IMG/VR virus record: IMGVR_UViG_3300017992_000618
Direction: 5' to 3' (one strand)
Source of the DNA: an uncultured virus (IMG/VR IMGVR_UViG_3300017992_000618)
Taxonomy: Duplodnaviria > Heunggongvirae > Uroviricota > Caudoviricetes
DNA: 64,000 nucleotides
Below the pieces are notes generated by a model. It did not search any database. It was not told the DNA's origin and worked only from the letters and a program-made list of their open reading frames with translations. Each line of letters opens with the position of its first letter. Position 1 is the first letter of the stretch. This document shows, piece after piece, positions 35,754 through 45,898 of the stretch. Both the position numbers and the translations under genes were made by a program.

Positions 35754-37745
35754 TTATCTACCCTCCTTGGATTGAACTATACTAACTAAGTTTCTCATTA
35801 CTTTATTATCCCTGAGATCACCTGGTTTGAATATACTTAGTAGCATGTGGTCTGTTATTTCATCACCTCTGTTAAGTGATTTGGATACAAATCTTTCCAG
35901 GTCTCCATATCCTACACCACTGGCTTCACTGAGGAGTTTTACCAGATGTTTGAGCTGTCTAATTTTACCCTCAGCCTCCAGTTTTTTGTTGCGTAAACGA
36001 CCGAACATGCTTCGAGCACTATTTGTAGAGTAGTCCATGATAGTACCTTCGGTATCACCCCTCTCTATCATACGGGCGGTATAACCTTTATACCATGCTT
36101 CACTAGCTATTTTCTTCTGTACCCTATTTAATAAAGCTGGAAGAGGCATGTCTTTCAACGCGGTACTGTCAGGAATTTCCAAAAAGTTGCAAATATCAAT
36201 ATTGTTGCTGAATCTTTCTATGTTATTTGCAAAACCATTAGATCTTTCGAGTATTTTTGGATCAGGAGTCTTCATATTCACCTCTGTTTTTCCGAGAGAG
36301 GTTCCTTCACCTGCAATGGATCTCAAATGGCTTGTGACTTCTTTATCATGAGTTTCAATTTCACTATCCTCTGTCTTGACATTGATTTGATTTATCTTTG
36401 CAGTGGATGTAGGTTCTTTGTTGATGGTATCCTCAGTACCATCCTTCAAACCGAACTTGCTGGTAGTCTTTTCCTCTGTGAAAGTTTTGTTCGGCTCTTC
36501 GCCTTCTTTGATAACCTTATCACCGACAGAAGCTTTCACTTCACCTGTTTCTGTGTTTAACTCAACTGATTCAATTTTTTTTGCCTCTTTTACCTCAGCT
36601 TCGGTTGGCACATCGTAAACAGATTTTGTACTATTCCAAACACGGCCTTTATTAGATTGGGCCTTGTTGTCCTGCGACCCTCCCACGGTTGATGATTGAT
36701 CTGACGCTTTGGTACTGCTTGCATCCTTCGTTGACTGTTTGTTGTCCGATGACGCAGGGGCTTGGCTTTTTTTTCCAGTAGCAGCGGTCGATGCTGCACC
36801 TGTATTGGTGTTCTTAGCCGATGCAGTATTGTTGTTGTATGTTTTCTTAACGACATTGTCCCACACTTTACCTGTACGAGGAACCTTTTCAGTTTCATAC
36901 AGATCGGCGATGTCCGTATCCTTGGTGATTTCTTTCCGCAGGTCAAACAAATAGATACTATCATCCGCCATGAATTTAATATCAACATCATCTTTCTTCA
37001 AAGGCTTGAAGATTTTTGAGCCGACATACAGATGAGCCATTTTGTTGTAGTTATATATGGCTTTCTTTATAAATGTTTGGTCGGACGCAAGAATGGCGAG
37101 CTTTAATGGCCGGATGATTGCCATCTCTAGAGGCCTGCCATCTCGAAATGCCGCCATTTGATATGGATTGTTGCCGCTGAATGTTAGACAGCAATAAGTA
37201 CCATGCAGTCGTTTACATGTCTCCAAGAGCACTTCCTTGGAGTATGGCTCTGTACCATTTTTGGTCAGATGATGAATCAGCCTGAAGATTGCCTCACTGT
37301 CTACCTTTCCATCCCTTTTACAGTCCAATTTTTTGAATATCTTTTCATGGTTGGTCAGTGTACCATTGTGAATACCCACGATATCCCCAACCTTGATGGG
37401 ATGATTGTTAGCATTGTCGTCGGTGTTACCTACAGACGATTTCCTACAGTGGCCAACGAACATCCTGGCAGGATGTTTCTTTCGGCGCCAGATTTTGAGA
37501 AAGCCTTCGAAGTCCTTCTCAGTGTCGCCGAACCGAGCGATGAATTCCTGTGCAGGAATGCCCATCTTTTGAAGCATATAGTCGCAGTTGTCAAACAATG
37601 CTGCTACACCAGTAGCATCCTTACCTCTGCTTTGAGTCTGCTCCAACAACTCACTGCCCAGATATATCATAGATTCCTGTCGCAGTTTTTCTTCTTCCTT
37701 GGTCGCCGCATTATCAAATGCAAGAATTCCGACTACTCCACACAT
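35754..37745 (-). CDS. Class II (Ntn) glutamine amidotransferase with a long low-complexity C-terminal extension
   Basis: MCG N-terminus, RGKDATG, GHCR.SS.G...N.NNHPI, HNGTL.N, VDSEAI. Confidence 0.9.
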   Translation of the reverse strand: MCGVVGILAFDNAATKEEEKLRQESMIYLGSELLEQTQSRGKDATGVAALFDNCDYMLQKMGIPAQEFIARFGDTEKDFEGFLKIWRRKKHPARMFVGHCRKSSVGNTDDNANNHPIKVGDIVGIHNGTLTNHEKIFKKLDCKRDGKVDSEAIFRLIHHLTKNGTEPYSKEVLLETCKRLHGTYCCLTFSGNNPYQMAAFRDGRPLEMAIIRPLKLAILASDQTFIKKAIYNYNKMAHLYVGSKIFKPLKKDDVDIKFMADDSIYLFDLRKEITKDTDIADLYETEKVPRTGKVWDNVVKKTYNNNTASAKNTNTGAASTAATGKKSQAPASSDNKQSTKDASSTKASDQSSTVGGSQDNKAQSNKGRVWNSTKSVYDVPTEAEVKEAKKIESVELNTETGEVKASVGDKVIKEGEEPNKTFTEEKTTSKFGLKDGTEDTINKEPTSTAKINQINVKTEDSEIETHDKEVTSHLRSIAGEGTSLGKTEVNMKTPDPKILERSNGFANNIERFSNNIDICNFLEIPDSTALKDMPLPALLNRVQKKIASEAWYKGYTARMIERGDTEGTIMDYSTNSARSMFGRLRNKKLEAEGKIRQLKHLVKLLSEASGVGYGDLERFVSKSLNRGDEITDHMLLSIFKPGDLRDNKVMRNLVSIVQSKEGR

Positions 37746-37757
37746 ATTAACCTCCCT

Positions 37758-38753
37758 TTACGATGTACTATAATAAGTTGCCGAAGATGTTTCTCCTGAA
37801 ACATAATTATATGTAGCAGTATTGGTGTAACCACCGTAGTTTGTTTTCTTTTTACTGGCTTTGATATATCTCTCAACGTTGAGTTGCCCCTCACCCTCAG
37901 ATTTCGCTTTGCCTTTTTTACCTCTGTTATATTCTTCATACTTCTTGGCGTAGTCCACCAGCTGCTTCATGGTTTCATGAGCCCCTCCACCTAACATTAT
38001 AACATCGTTAGCTTTACAACCATCTACCTTGAATACATTCTCCTGGTAATTGGTCATTACTATAGCTGTTTCAAATGCTGATAGATATCGGTGCCCCGCA
38101 TGTATATCATTATGACGCAGGGTTATTAACAACCCCATACCATCTACCTTCTTAGGATTCCATATTGGCACACAATAATTTATATCTATGAAGGTTGCGT
38201 ACAGACTGCATGGGCTCATTTTAAAAAACTCAGAATCAGTATGATTGGTATTAGACCCAAAGACACTGTGATATTTATACATAGACACGATGTTTTTGGT
38301 GCTATCGATGAATCGTCTAGCAGTGGTGAGGTCTGACATCTTTAATGTTATAGCGCCCCATTGATGGACATAATTTCTTATCCAATCCATGTCTATAAGA
38401 TCGAAAGTGGGCACAGGCTTGATGTAATGTAGGTTGTATACTCTCTTACCATTCACAACCTTTAACTGTTTCACATCGATACCAGCTGTGGTATATATTT
38501 GATTACCTCTTCTAGCTGGAAAGATTGCATGTACTGCTACCTCATTAGGCATGTTGTCTAAGTCCATACCTAGTTTAAACGCGTCATGTTTTATGAGTGA
38601 CCCCCTGCCATTTAATGCGTTATCGAGATCCGTTGCACTTACGAATCCTTTGGAACAGAGTGGGAACATACCAGTGTGGTCATGGCCCACTCTAACACAC
38701 CGCATCTCTCTTAGTGTGCTATCCACATTTAATATGTGTCCTTGATGAATCAT
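37758..38753 (-). CDS. Hypothetical protein within the ligase cluster
   Basis: AAGGAG RBS, 331 aa, no recognised motif. Confidence 0.7.
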   Translation of the reverse strand: MIHQGHILNVDSTLREMRCVRVGHDHTGMFPLCSKGFVSATDLDNALNGRGSLIKHDAFKLGMDLDNMPNEVAVHAIFPARRGNQIYTTAGIDVKQLKVVNGKRVYNLHYIKPVPTFDLIDMDWIRNYVHQWGAITLKMSDLTTARRFIDSTKNIVSMYKYHSVFGSNTNHTDSEFFKMSPCSLYATFIDINYCVPIWNPKKVDGMGLLITLRHNDIHAGHRYLSAFETAIVMTNYQENVFKVDGCKANDVIMLGGGAHETMKQLVDYAKKYEEYNRGKKGKAKSEGEGQLNVERYIKASKKKTNYGGYTNTATYNYVSGETSSATYYSTS

Positions 38754-38767
38754 TTCTACTTACTCCT

Positions 38768-39577
38768 TTAACAAAAATGATAGCAACCGCCATTTTTACT
38801 ATATGTATCTGGCAAAGCGAATTTAATCTTATCTGAAGTGAGTAAATTCACACCTAGAGCTTGGTTTCTGACCAACTCTATGGATTTGAACACCACAGGG
38901 TTGAGGCATTTGATTGAATGCTCTACAAAATGTCCCGAAGTTGAGTATGCAATCACTCCAATGTCGGGGTAGTGGAGTACAGATAGTGGCGAAGACCCTT
39001 TCAACATCCAAAACATCCATGGGTTTTCTACGTCTATCATACCACACGCAAAACTACCAGATAATTTTTCTGCTGTAGCACGTATTGCTTCAGGCATAGA
39101 CTCTTTCATTCTGTCAAGTCTAGACTCTATCATACGAAAGATTATTTCACTGTCTACCTGAGCTTTACGTTTAATATTATACCCTTTAAACAATACATCA
39201 TCATTGCCTATCATACCATTATGGGTACCGATGACTCTATCACATACTATAGGGTGGTTGTTATCATTGTTTGTATGACTGCCTTTTGTTTGAAATCGGC
39301 AATGGCCTATAATTTGGGTGGTAGGTCTGTTCTCTCTATCACCTGTGAATTTGACATGTTTATCAAACGACTCATTGAACTCCTTAGTCCTAATGAACTG
39401 AGACGCTCGAATGTTGTGTTTCACTACGGTAACCTCATCTTCATTGGCTATCGCAATACCAGTGGCATGAGTACCTCTGGGCTCACAACTTAAAAGAAGT
39501 TTCTTTACTACCTCTTTAATATCTTTAGGGTTGAACATACTTCCTTTTTGGAAGCCTAATCCGAAAATAGCGCACAT
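38768..39577 (-). CDS. Class II (Ntn) glutamine amidotransferase
   Basis: MCAIFG, RGTHATG, GHCR.QT.G...N.NNHPI, HNGMI.N, VDSEII. Confidence 0.9.
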   Translation of the reverse strand: MCAIFGLGFQKGSMFNPKDIKEVVKKLLLSCEPRGTHATGIAIANEDEVTVVKHNIRASQFIRTKEFNESFDKHVKFTGDRENRPTTQIIGHCRFQTKGSHTNNDNNHPIVCDRVIGTHNGMIGNDDVLFKGYNIKRKAQVDSEIIFRMIESRLDRMKESMPEAIRATAEKLSGSFACGMIDVENPWMFWMLKGSSPLSVLHYPDIGVIAYSTSGHFVEHSIKCLNPVVFKSIELVRNQALGVNLLTSDKIKFALPDTYSKNGGCYHFC

Positions 39578-39578
39578 A

Positions 39579-39767
39579 TTATGTCCTTTTTAAACATTTT
39601 ACACCATCTATAACAAAGCATACACACCACGCCACACCTAAGCCTACTAGAATCATGGTTGACCAGATGAATAGCAGTATAAACATTGTTATAAAAGCTG
39701 CTGTATCTTTATAAAATATTGCTAGTCCTATTAGTAGTAGTACTATTATTACTGTTAATGGATCCAT
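39579..39767 (-). CDS. Small hydrophobic membrane protein
   Basis: Two TM segments; AAGGAG RBS before MDPLT. Confidence 0.55.
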   Translation of the reverse strand: MDPLTVIIVLLLIGLAIFYKDTAAFITMFILLFIWSTMILVGLGVAWCVCFVIDGVKCLKRT

Positions 39768-39777
39768 AGTTTCTCCT

Positions 39778-41466
39778 TTAGAGAAGCACTGGAGCACCTA
39801 TTGGCTCAGACCATACCAGTTCACCATCGTTTTGTTTCATCTCCACAAAATACCTAACCTTATTCATGATTTCATCATCAGTACTGTGGTTGGTGTCAAC
39901 ATCTGGATGTTCTTTAATAACACCTGTGACTTCATGCACCCATTCGTGGACGTCTTTGCACTCATCAATGATTCTCAAATCCATGATTTCACTGAGAGTG
40001 TTCTCAAACTTACCCTCTTCGGTCATGATAATGGCCAAATCATCTTCGATTTGTTCCCAGGTAGCACCATCACATCTGCGTAAAGCGATAGGTTTCTCTG
40101 CTATTTTCTCCAGAACCTGGTATGCTGGACCAATACGTATCAGGTTGTGCTTCAATTGACGGACGAGATCCATGGATTCACGAATCAAATCTTCATAATA
40201 TTTACGCAGATTGCGGGTGTCTCCGAATCTATCGCCGTCCTGATAACTTTTCATGTTATTCAGCAATGCGCTCTTGATCATCTCCGCTCTTTCCATCCAC
40301 TCATTGCTTTCAATCTCCACAACACCGTATCTGGAAATCTCTACTGCTTTGATCATCAAGGCGTAGTTCATACAAGCTAATGCTGCTACTGCGCTTGGCG
40401 AATTCATGCCGTCTGCTGCTCTCATTTCCACATGAAGTCTGGTCACATCACCAGAGCTCTTGGAGAACTCAGTATAGTTGTAGTTAACCCAACCATATTT
40501 GTTTCCGCCTGCATGATGAGATACTTCCTGTTTAACCTGACGCATGCTATTGAGAATGGCAGATATTGGTAGTACAGATACTCTGAACTTCTCCCATCTG
40601 GTTAACCGTTCTGGTTCATCCAATGCCATCACCATCCAAGTCATAGCGTTTTGATATCTTCTGACCAGCTGATGAAAATTGGCAAGAATGATGGACGGCA
40701 TGTCCTTCTCCAGCTCGTTAATTTTATTCGGTATGCTGGAACCACTACCATCAGGTACCACTTTACCGTAGTAGCTTGCCAGCAGATGCATATGAATACT
40801 ACATCTTTCATTGAGATAGGCACCATGTTTTACTGAGGTATCGATGATTTTCTTAGCCATCTTATAGAACTCCCAGTAATCCACACGTCTTCCTATTGTA
40901 ATAACCTCTGCCCCCTTCTTACCGAGTAGGGATCCATCAGTTGTGATGCTGTGTACACCACTCTCATTGATGGTACCGTATGTGTTGTTCGGCCGGAAGT
41001 TTTTCTTCATGGACTCCCTGATATGCTCAGGACTTTTCTTCGGATCATATCGGAACTCACACCCCTTACAATCCACTGTAAAATCTGAACATATGAAACA
41101 TGCGCTCACAAAATTGGGGCAATTTATACCATGACACATGAGTTTGTATTGATCGCACTCTTCACAATTATCATCCTTACATTTCTTGCTATTGTTTGCA
41201 CATCGAGCACGCAATCTTACGCTCTCACATTCTTCTACCAATGCACACTGCGCCCAGCAGTCATGTTCATTCATTCTGGCACACGGGCAGGAATTACTCT
41301 CGCCCTTGCAGTTGCCATTCTTTTTATTAGGCAGATTGAACTCAAACTCCAACCCGACCTTAAGAATTTTATGCAGATTACTTTTCCAGTAAGCTACATC
41401 TTTTGCCGACAATGCTGGATAGATGTCATTTTGAATGAACGTCCATTTGTCTTGCGTGTTTCTCAT
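39778..41466 (-). CDS. Putative amidoligase (glutamine synthetase/GCS fold, Amidoligase_2-like) with a 16-Cys insertion
   Basis: VGLEFEF, DGSL...GAEV, CSIHMH, KY..VN, EMR..DG. Confidence 0.82.
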   Translation of the reverse strand: MRNTQDKWTFIQNDIYPALSAKDVAYWKSNLHKILKVGLEFEFNLPNKKNGNCKGESNSCPCARMNEHDCWAQCALVEECESVRLRARCANNSKKCKDDNCEECDQYKLMCHGINCPNFVSACFICSDFTVDCKGCEFRYDPKKSPEHIRESMKKNFRPNNTYGTINESGVHSITTDGSLLGKKGAEVITIGRRVDYWEFYKMAKKIIDTSVKHGAYLNERCSIHMHLLASYYGKVVPDGSGSSIPNKINELEKDMPSIILANFHQLVRRYQNAMTWMVMALDEPERLTRWEKFRVSVLPISAILNSMRQVKQEVSHHAGGNKYGWVNYNYTEFSKSSGDVTRLHVEMRAADGMNSPSAVAALACMNYALMIKAVEISRYGVVEIESNEWMERAEMIKSALLNNMKSYQDGDRFGDTRNLRKYYEDLIRESMDLVRQLKHNLIRIGPAYQVLEKIAEKPIALRRCDGATWEQIEDDLAIIMTEEGKFENTLSEIMDLRIIDECKDVHEWVHEVTGVIKEHPDVDTNHSTDDEIMNKVRYFVEMKQNDGELVWSEPIGAPVLL

Positions 41467-42631
41467 TGTAGAACCTCCCCCAATTTTCTTCTATATTATT
41501 TCCGAACTGAACTCCGTTAAATAAACAATTAAAGAATGCATCCACAGATGGTTTTCTCGCCTTGTACCCAACCATCTTCTGAATGTCTGTATATATATCA
41601 TTTAATTTACTGAATGCATACGTTACTTCAGGAACACATATCATTGAAAACACTTTCTGATTACTAGGCATATTTGGATACAGCTCATGTATATGCTCTG
41701 TACATTGCATTTCCTGCATGTTAGCAAAGTTATCAGTGCAAGCATTGATTCTACTCACTATGTCTTCTATTACTACTGCTCCCAATGCTAGTATACCATT
41801 AGTTAATATAGGATGTCTTAACAACGAGCCACCTGGAACTCTATATTCTAGTGTTCTATTATCAATCCTAAACTCACCTGGTTTACCATACTTAATATAT
41901 GTTGATGTCCGACGTCTTGTATCTGTATTACCTTCTGGAATAATAGCTGGTACACCCACATAATAATCCATTGCCTTTACTACTTGACGTATCACTGTCT
42001 TCACCGTTCTCTGGAATCCCAACATCTGATACGGCACTCCATAATGAAGATGAAATCCTGCAGTAGCCCCTTGATAATTAGATGCACCATATAACATTAA
42101 GTGTGGGCTCACTTGTGGTTTCAAGTTCAACATCATTCTAGCTTTGGATATGAGATTCATGATGTTGTCCGTTACAATGGTTTCATCGGTGCTAGGAAGT
42201 GGTCTGAATTCCAATAGCATTCCATCATTTCCAACATCACCACTCTTTCCAAAATAAGATCTGGCACTAACTAATCCACCGTTTCTACAATCTATAATGA
42301 ACAACTCTGGATCGCAGCCAAGAGTAATATTCTTAACAGTTTCTACATCTTTGGCTCTAAGTGAATTTCCTTCTAAAACCTCGAATACTTCAGCAGTGAC
42401 GTATGCTGATGTTGGATCTTCTGCAACATCTTCTTTGAACGCCGGTGCTATCTGAAGATTAAGAGGTATACCGTCTTTTGTATTAAGATTAACGAAATCG
42501 TGATTACTTAAATTAAATTCTTGTCTGCAATGTAGTGGTAATCTTATTATGCGATTCTCGAACCCTCTGTTCCAGTCGCATTCTTTCGTCATTGTATTTG
42601 AAATCTTTATATCTATTTTCATTAAACTCAC
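41426..42631 (-). CDS. phiEco32-like COOH-NH2 ligase type 2 with an extra N-terminal domain
   Basis: LGCDPEL, GNDG..LEFRP.P, GFHLHYG, RR.....YGKPGEFR, EYRVPG. Confidence 0.88.
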   Translation of the reverse strand: MSLMKIDIKISNTMTKECDWNRGFENRIIRLPLHCRQEFNLSNHDFVNLNTKDGIPLNLQIAPAFKEDVAEDPTSAYVTAEVFEVLEGNSLRAKDVETVKNITLGCDPELFIIDCRNGGLVSARSYFGKSGDVGNDGMLLEFRPLPSTDETIVTDNIMNLISKARMMLNLKPQVSPHLMLYGASNYQGATAGFHLHYGVPYQMLGFQRTVKTVIRQVVKAMDYYVGVPAIIPEGNTDTRRRTSTYIKYGKPGEFRIDNRTLEYRVPGGSLLRHPILTNGILALGAVVIEDIVSRINACTDNFANMQEMQCTEHIHELYPNMPSNQKVFSMICVPEVTYAFSKLNDIYTDIQKMVGYKARKPSVDAFFNCLFNGVQFGNNIEENWGRFYNEKHARQMDVHSK

Positions 42632-42636
42632 TCTCC

Positions 42637-44040
42637 TTAATATGGTTCTACCGATAGTCCTAATCTTTCATAGACATTGATACGACAATTCTTATCTTTG
42701 TTGGCATGGAATTGATTTTTTAATACACCAATATCCACATCCACATAGTCGTATACTATCGCGTCAGTTTTACCAGGAGCGGTTCTTTGTATCCTACCGA
42801 TGAGCTGCTCAGCTTTACTCTCAGCCCTAAACGGCATAGCAATAAATGCTCTATTCAAGAAGTCGACATCAAATCCCTCACCTAACAGAGAGAATGTAGT
42901 AACTAGTACAGTAATCTCATTATCATTATATCGTTGCACTTGTTCTCTAACATATTTCTTTGAATAATTACCAGTGGCAATACCTGTCTTTTCCCAACCA
43001 AGAGAGATCAATTCATATAAGTCTTCACAATGAGCTTTCCTATCACTAATAACTATACAAAAGTTTCCTTTAGTTGCTTCAGCTATAACATCACCTACTA
43101 TCATATTGTTACGACTTTTATTACCAACGATGTTATTCTTGAGAATGGTCTGTATATTATTACCTTCCACTTTAGCAGACCTTACACTACGATATCTGAC
43201 AACAGGTTTCATTATACCACCATGTTTTTCGACTTCATCGATATCTATGGTCACCTTTGGCCAGCCAATGGCTTGAAACATAATCTGTTCAAGCTTATCC
43301 CGTCTATACGGTGTAGCTGTTAGACCATACAAATAATAACTGTTAAAAGCACCTATCACTTTTAGAAATGTACTAGCTGGTGCATGATGTGCCTCATCTA
43401 GTACTACGGTACCGAATCTATCACGTATACCAATTAAATCATCTGGTCTTCTGACCAGTGTTTGAACCATAGCTATGGTTAATAACTCACCAATTTCCCA
43501 TTTACCTCTGCCTAGCAAACCTATTTTACCTATAGTCGGTAAAAAAGATTCAGCTCTTTCCTTTGCTTGGTCTGCTAGTGGACCAGTATGTGTAAGCCAC
43601 AACATTGGTTGGCCCAATAGTGGTAAGAGACTTAAACCAACTACGGTCTTACCACTACCGGCCGGGGCTACTATGAATCCCTCAGTCTCACCTATAAGTT
43701 TAAGTACAGCATTATATTGATAAGGTCTGTATTTAATGTTTCTTGAATCTACATGTACAAAATCATGCTTAGACCTGTTATCAATCAATGTGTAATCTAC
43801 ATCAGCTTTTTCAGCCGCTGATATTAGTTTTTCTCTAAGACCCCGAGGGATTAACAAACTATTATCTGGTAAGAAACTGAAATTATATAGGTATGGATCA
43901 AGGCCCCATAGACTTCTTCCTGCCTGCTCAGCCTCTGCATACTTAGGATTCGGCACTTTTAGTATGCTTATTAACCACTCCTGTATCGCCGATGGCGCGT
44001 TTTTCACTCGAATTTTGTTCGATAGTTGTATTTCCATCAC
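42637..44040 (-). CDS. Superfamily 2 (DEAH) helicase
   Basis: APAGSGKT, DEAHH, GLTATP.R.D, EGFDV, QLIGRIQR. Confidence 0.93.
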   Translation of the reverse strand: MMEIQLSNKIRVKNAPSAIQEWLISILKVPNPKYAEAEQAGRSLWGLDPYLYNFSFLPDNSLLIPRGLREKLISAAEKADVDYTLIDNRSKHDFVHVDSRNIKYRPYQYNAVLKLIGETEGFIVAPAGSGKTVVGLSLLPLLGQPMLWLTHTGPLADQAKERAESFLPTIGKIGLLGRGKWEIGELLTIAMVQTLVRRPDDLIGIRDRFGTVVLDEAHHAPASTFLKVIGAFNSYYLYGLTATPYRRDKLEQIMFQAIGWPKVTIDIDEVEKHGGIMKPVVRYRSVRSAKVEGNNIQTILKNNIVGNKSRNNMIVGDVIAEATKGNFCIVISDRKAHCEDLYELISLGWEKTGIATGNYSKKYVREQVQRYNDNEITVLVTTFSLLGEGFDVDFLNRAFIAMPFRAESKAEQLIGRIQRTAPGKTDAIVYDYVDVDIGVLKNQFHANKDKNCRINVYERLGLSVEPY

Positions 44041-44578
44041 CTAATATTTCCCTGATTTCTTCCACGAATTCGGGATTGCAGATAAAAGTAGGATAAGGTT
44101 TTACTACAACCTTTTTATCCTTCTTCTTTTTATTCTTCTTCTTTCTTCTGCTTGTCTCAGCGATGAGCTTGGGGCTATTTCTTAATTCACCCCGAATTTG
44201 TTGTTTAAAGGTCTGAAGACAATCTTCAGTAAACTCACACTGATTCTTTTCATCCCACGTTGAGTATTCTTTTCCACAGACGCCAGAGTTACAGAATATG
44301 TGTTTCAACATATACACAACATTGGCATCTGGTCTCTTGCTAATTGGATTTTGATTGTTTTCTATCCAACCTGCCGCCTCCAGTAATGCTGGGAAAGTAG
44401 TCTTGATGAATCGCTTAGGATTCTGCAAGTATATCTGATTGTAGCAGAAAAAATTATGCTTGATCGCATCATCAGACTCACAGAGTTTACACTTGGCACA
44501 GATAATCTCTCTGAATTGCACCTTACTAAACTTCTGTTTGTTCTTTCTTTTCTTTTTCCTACCTTTTCTCTTTCCCAT
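43943..44578 (-). CDS. Basic Cys-rich hypothetical protein
   Basis: CxxCxxC plus further Cys residues; K-rich termini. Confidence 0.6.
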   Translation of the reverse strand: MGKRKGRKKKRKNKQKFSKVQFREIICAKCKLCESDDAIKHNFFCYNQIYLQNPKRFIKTTFPALLEAAGWIENNQNPISKRPDANVVYMLKHIFCNSGVCGKEYSTWDEKNQCEFTEDCLQTFKQQIRGELRNSPKLIAETSRRKKKNKKKKDKKVVVKPYPTFICNPEFVEEIREILGDGNTTIEQNSSEKRAIGDTGVVNKHTKSAES

Positions 44579-44579
44579 A

Positions 44580-44999
44580 TTATTTCCCGAAGGCCTCTTT
44601 AGCCGTTCTGCCGTCTGCTAATTTCCAAAATGTCCAGCCGCTACGCCTAACACCGCTCGCTGACTGTGCAGCCGCTGATAAGGAACCATACTTTGTGTTA
44701 CCAATATAGTATCCATCATCGGCTACTGTCAAGATAAGTGTGCCGTTGCGTTGTGATGTACCCATAAAGATTGTTCCAACTGGAATTACACCATCTCGAT
44801 CAGAACTATAGGCATTATCACTACCTCTCCTGTCTTTAGATAGAGAGCGAAGACCAGAATGAATCAACTCAGTAAGCTGATTTATTCTAGCCTCCATCGC
44901 CCTCATTCTATCAACAACGGACAGATCTTCTGGATTCGTAATGGTAGCAGTACCTTGTACATTATGAGCTCTACCAAGAGCTACTTTTGCTCTATCCAT
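44580..44999 (-). CDS. RAMA-like (DUF2924/DUF4357-type) DNA-binding domain protein
   Basis: G...Y.SLSAAA...SG..RSGW.FWK motif. Confidence 0.65.
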   Translation of the reverse strand: MDRAKVALGRAHNVQGTATITNPEDLSVVDRMRAMEARINQLTELIHSGLRSLSKDRRGSDNAYSSDRDGVIPVGTIFMGTSQRNGTLILTVADDGYYIGNTKYGSLSAAAQSASGVRRSGWTFWKLADGRTAKEAFGK

Positions 45000-45010
45000 T
45001 GATCACTCCT

Positions 45011-45403
45011 TTATTGTGGCAGTGGTGGAACACCGGCCCCGCCGGCACCAGCATCACCTGCTGGTTCGAATGGTTTGTGGCCTAAATCGAATTTCTTTAC
45101 CACAAACCGATGCTCCATGGCACCTTCAGCAGTCTTCCAAGACTTGTAATAGCACCAAGCCGCAAGCTGCCGATATTGTTTGATATGACCCTGTTCAATG
45201 ACTCTAACTGGGCCGTCTGGTTCTACCATCAGTGGTACGACAAGTTCCGTATCCACGTACTGGTTGTTCGCACTACGCGACGTAAATTTTGTCCGTAGGT
45301 TGAGGAATGCATACCCATTGTTCATAACAGGATCCTCAGTTATCTCACCTTGAAACAGACAGTGATTGATCATGGGTCCTACGAATCGTTTCTTTTCAGC
45401 CAT
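45011..45403 (-). CDS. Single-stranded DNA-binding protein-like (OB fold)
   Basis: MIN.C...G.I..DP N-terminus, SW...EG motif, Gly-rich tail. Confidence 0.55.
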   Translation of the reverse strand: MAEKKRFVGPMINHCLFQGEITEDPVMNNGYAFLNLRTKFTSRSANNQYVDTELVVPLMVEPDGPVRVIEQGHIKQYRQLAAWCYYKSWKTAEGAMEHRFVVKKFDLGHKPFEPAGDAGAGGAGVPPLPQ

Positions 45404-45415
45404 TTTACACCTCTC

Positions 45416-45898
45416 TTAATTTCTTTTTGATTTAGCCTTCACTGGCCCTATCTGGTCTCTTTGGAGCACCACACAATGTCCTTTTTTACCAAGACCATCA
45501 CAGCTGGCCCCACCAACATCCTCTGCCAACTCCACAAACACCTTAGATTTGGGTAGTTCGTGAAGGACACTACACTCCATTCCTTTCAAGGATTTATTCT
45601 TGTAAGAGACATTGGCCTTGACCATACAATCAGAAGACGTTGTTTTGAAAAATTCTGATATATGACGTGGCTCAACCCAGTACCCATGGCCATCTTTACA
45701 TGCACCATCTAAATTGTGCCAACCCTCAACACGTGGGTCGGAAACAATACCGATCTGAGGGCCATCACCGTTTCTATTTATAAGTTTGATAGTGACTCTC
45801 GAACCAGTTGGTAATGGGCCATAGTTTTTCTTTGCTATTAATCTAGAGCCATTTCTCAACTTATTACCCTTTATAGTGATGAAAGACATTTCCGACAT
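45416..45898 (-). CDS. Hypothetical protein with two internal repeats
   Basis: HNLDGACKDGHGYWV and ASCDGLGKKGHCVVL. Confidence 0.6.
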   Translation of the reverse strand: MSEMSFITIKGNKLRNGSRLIAKKNYGPLPTGSRVTIKLINRNGDGPQIGIVSDPRVEGWHNLDGACKDGHGYWVEPRHISEFFKTTSSDCMVKANVSYKNKSLKGMECSVLHELPKSKVFVELAEDVGGASCDGLGKKGHCVVLQRDQIGPVKAKSKRN

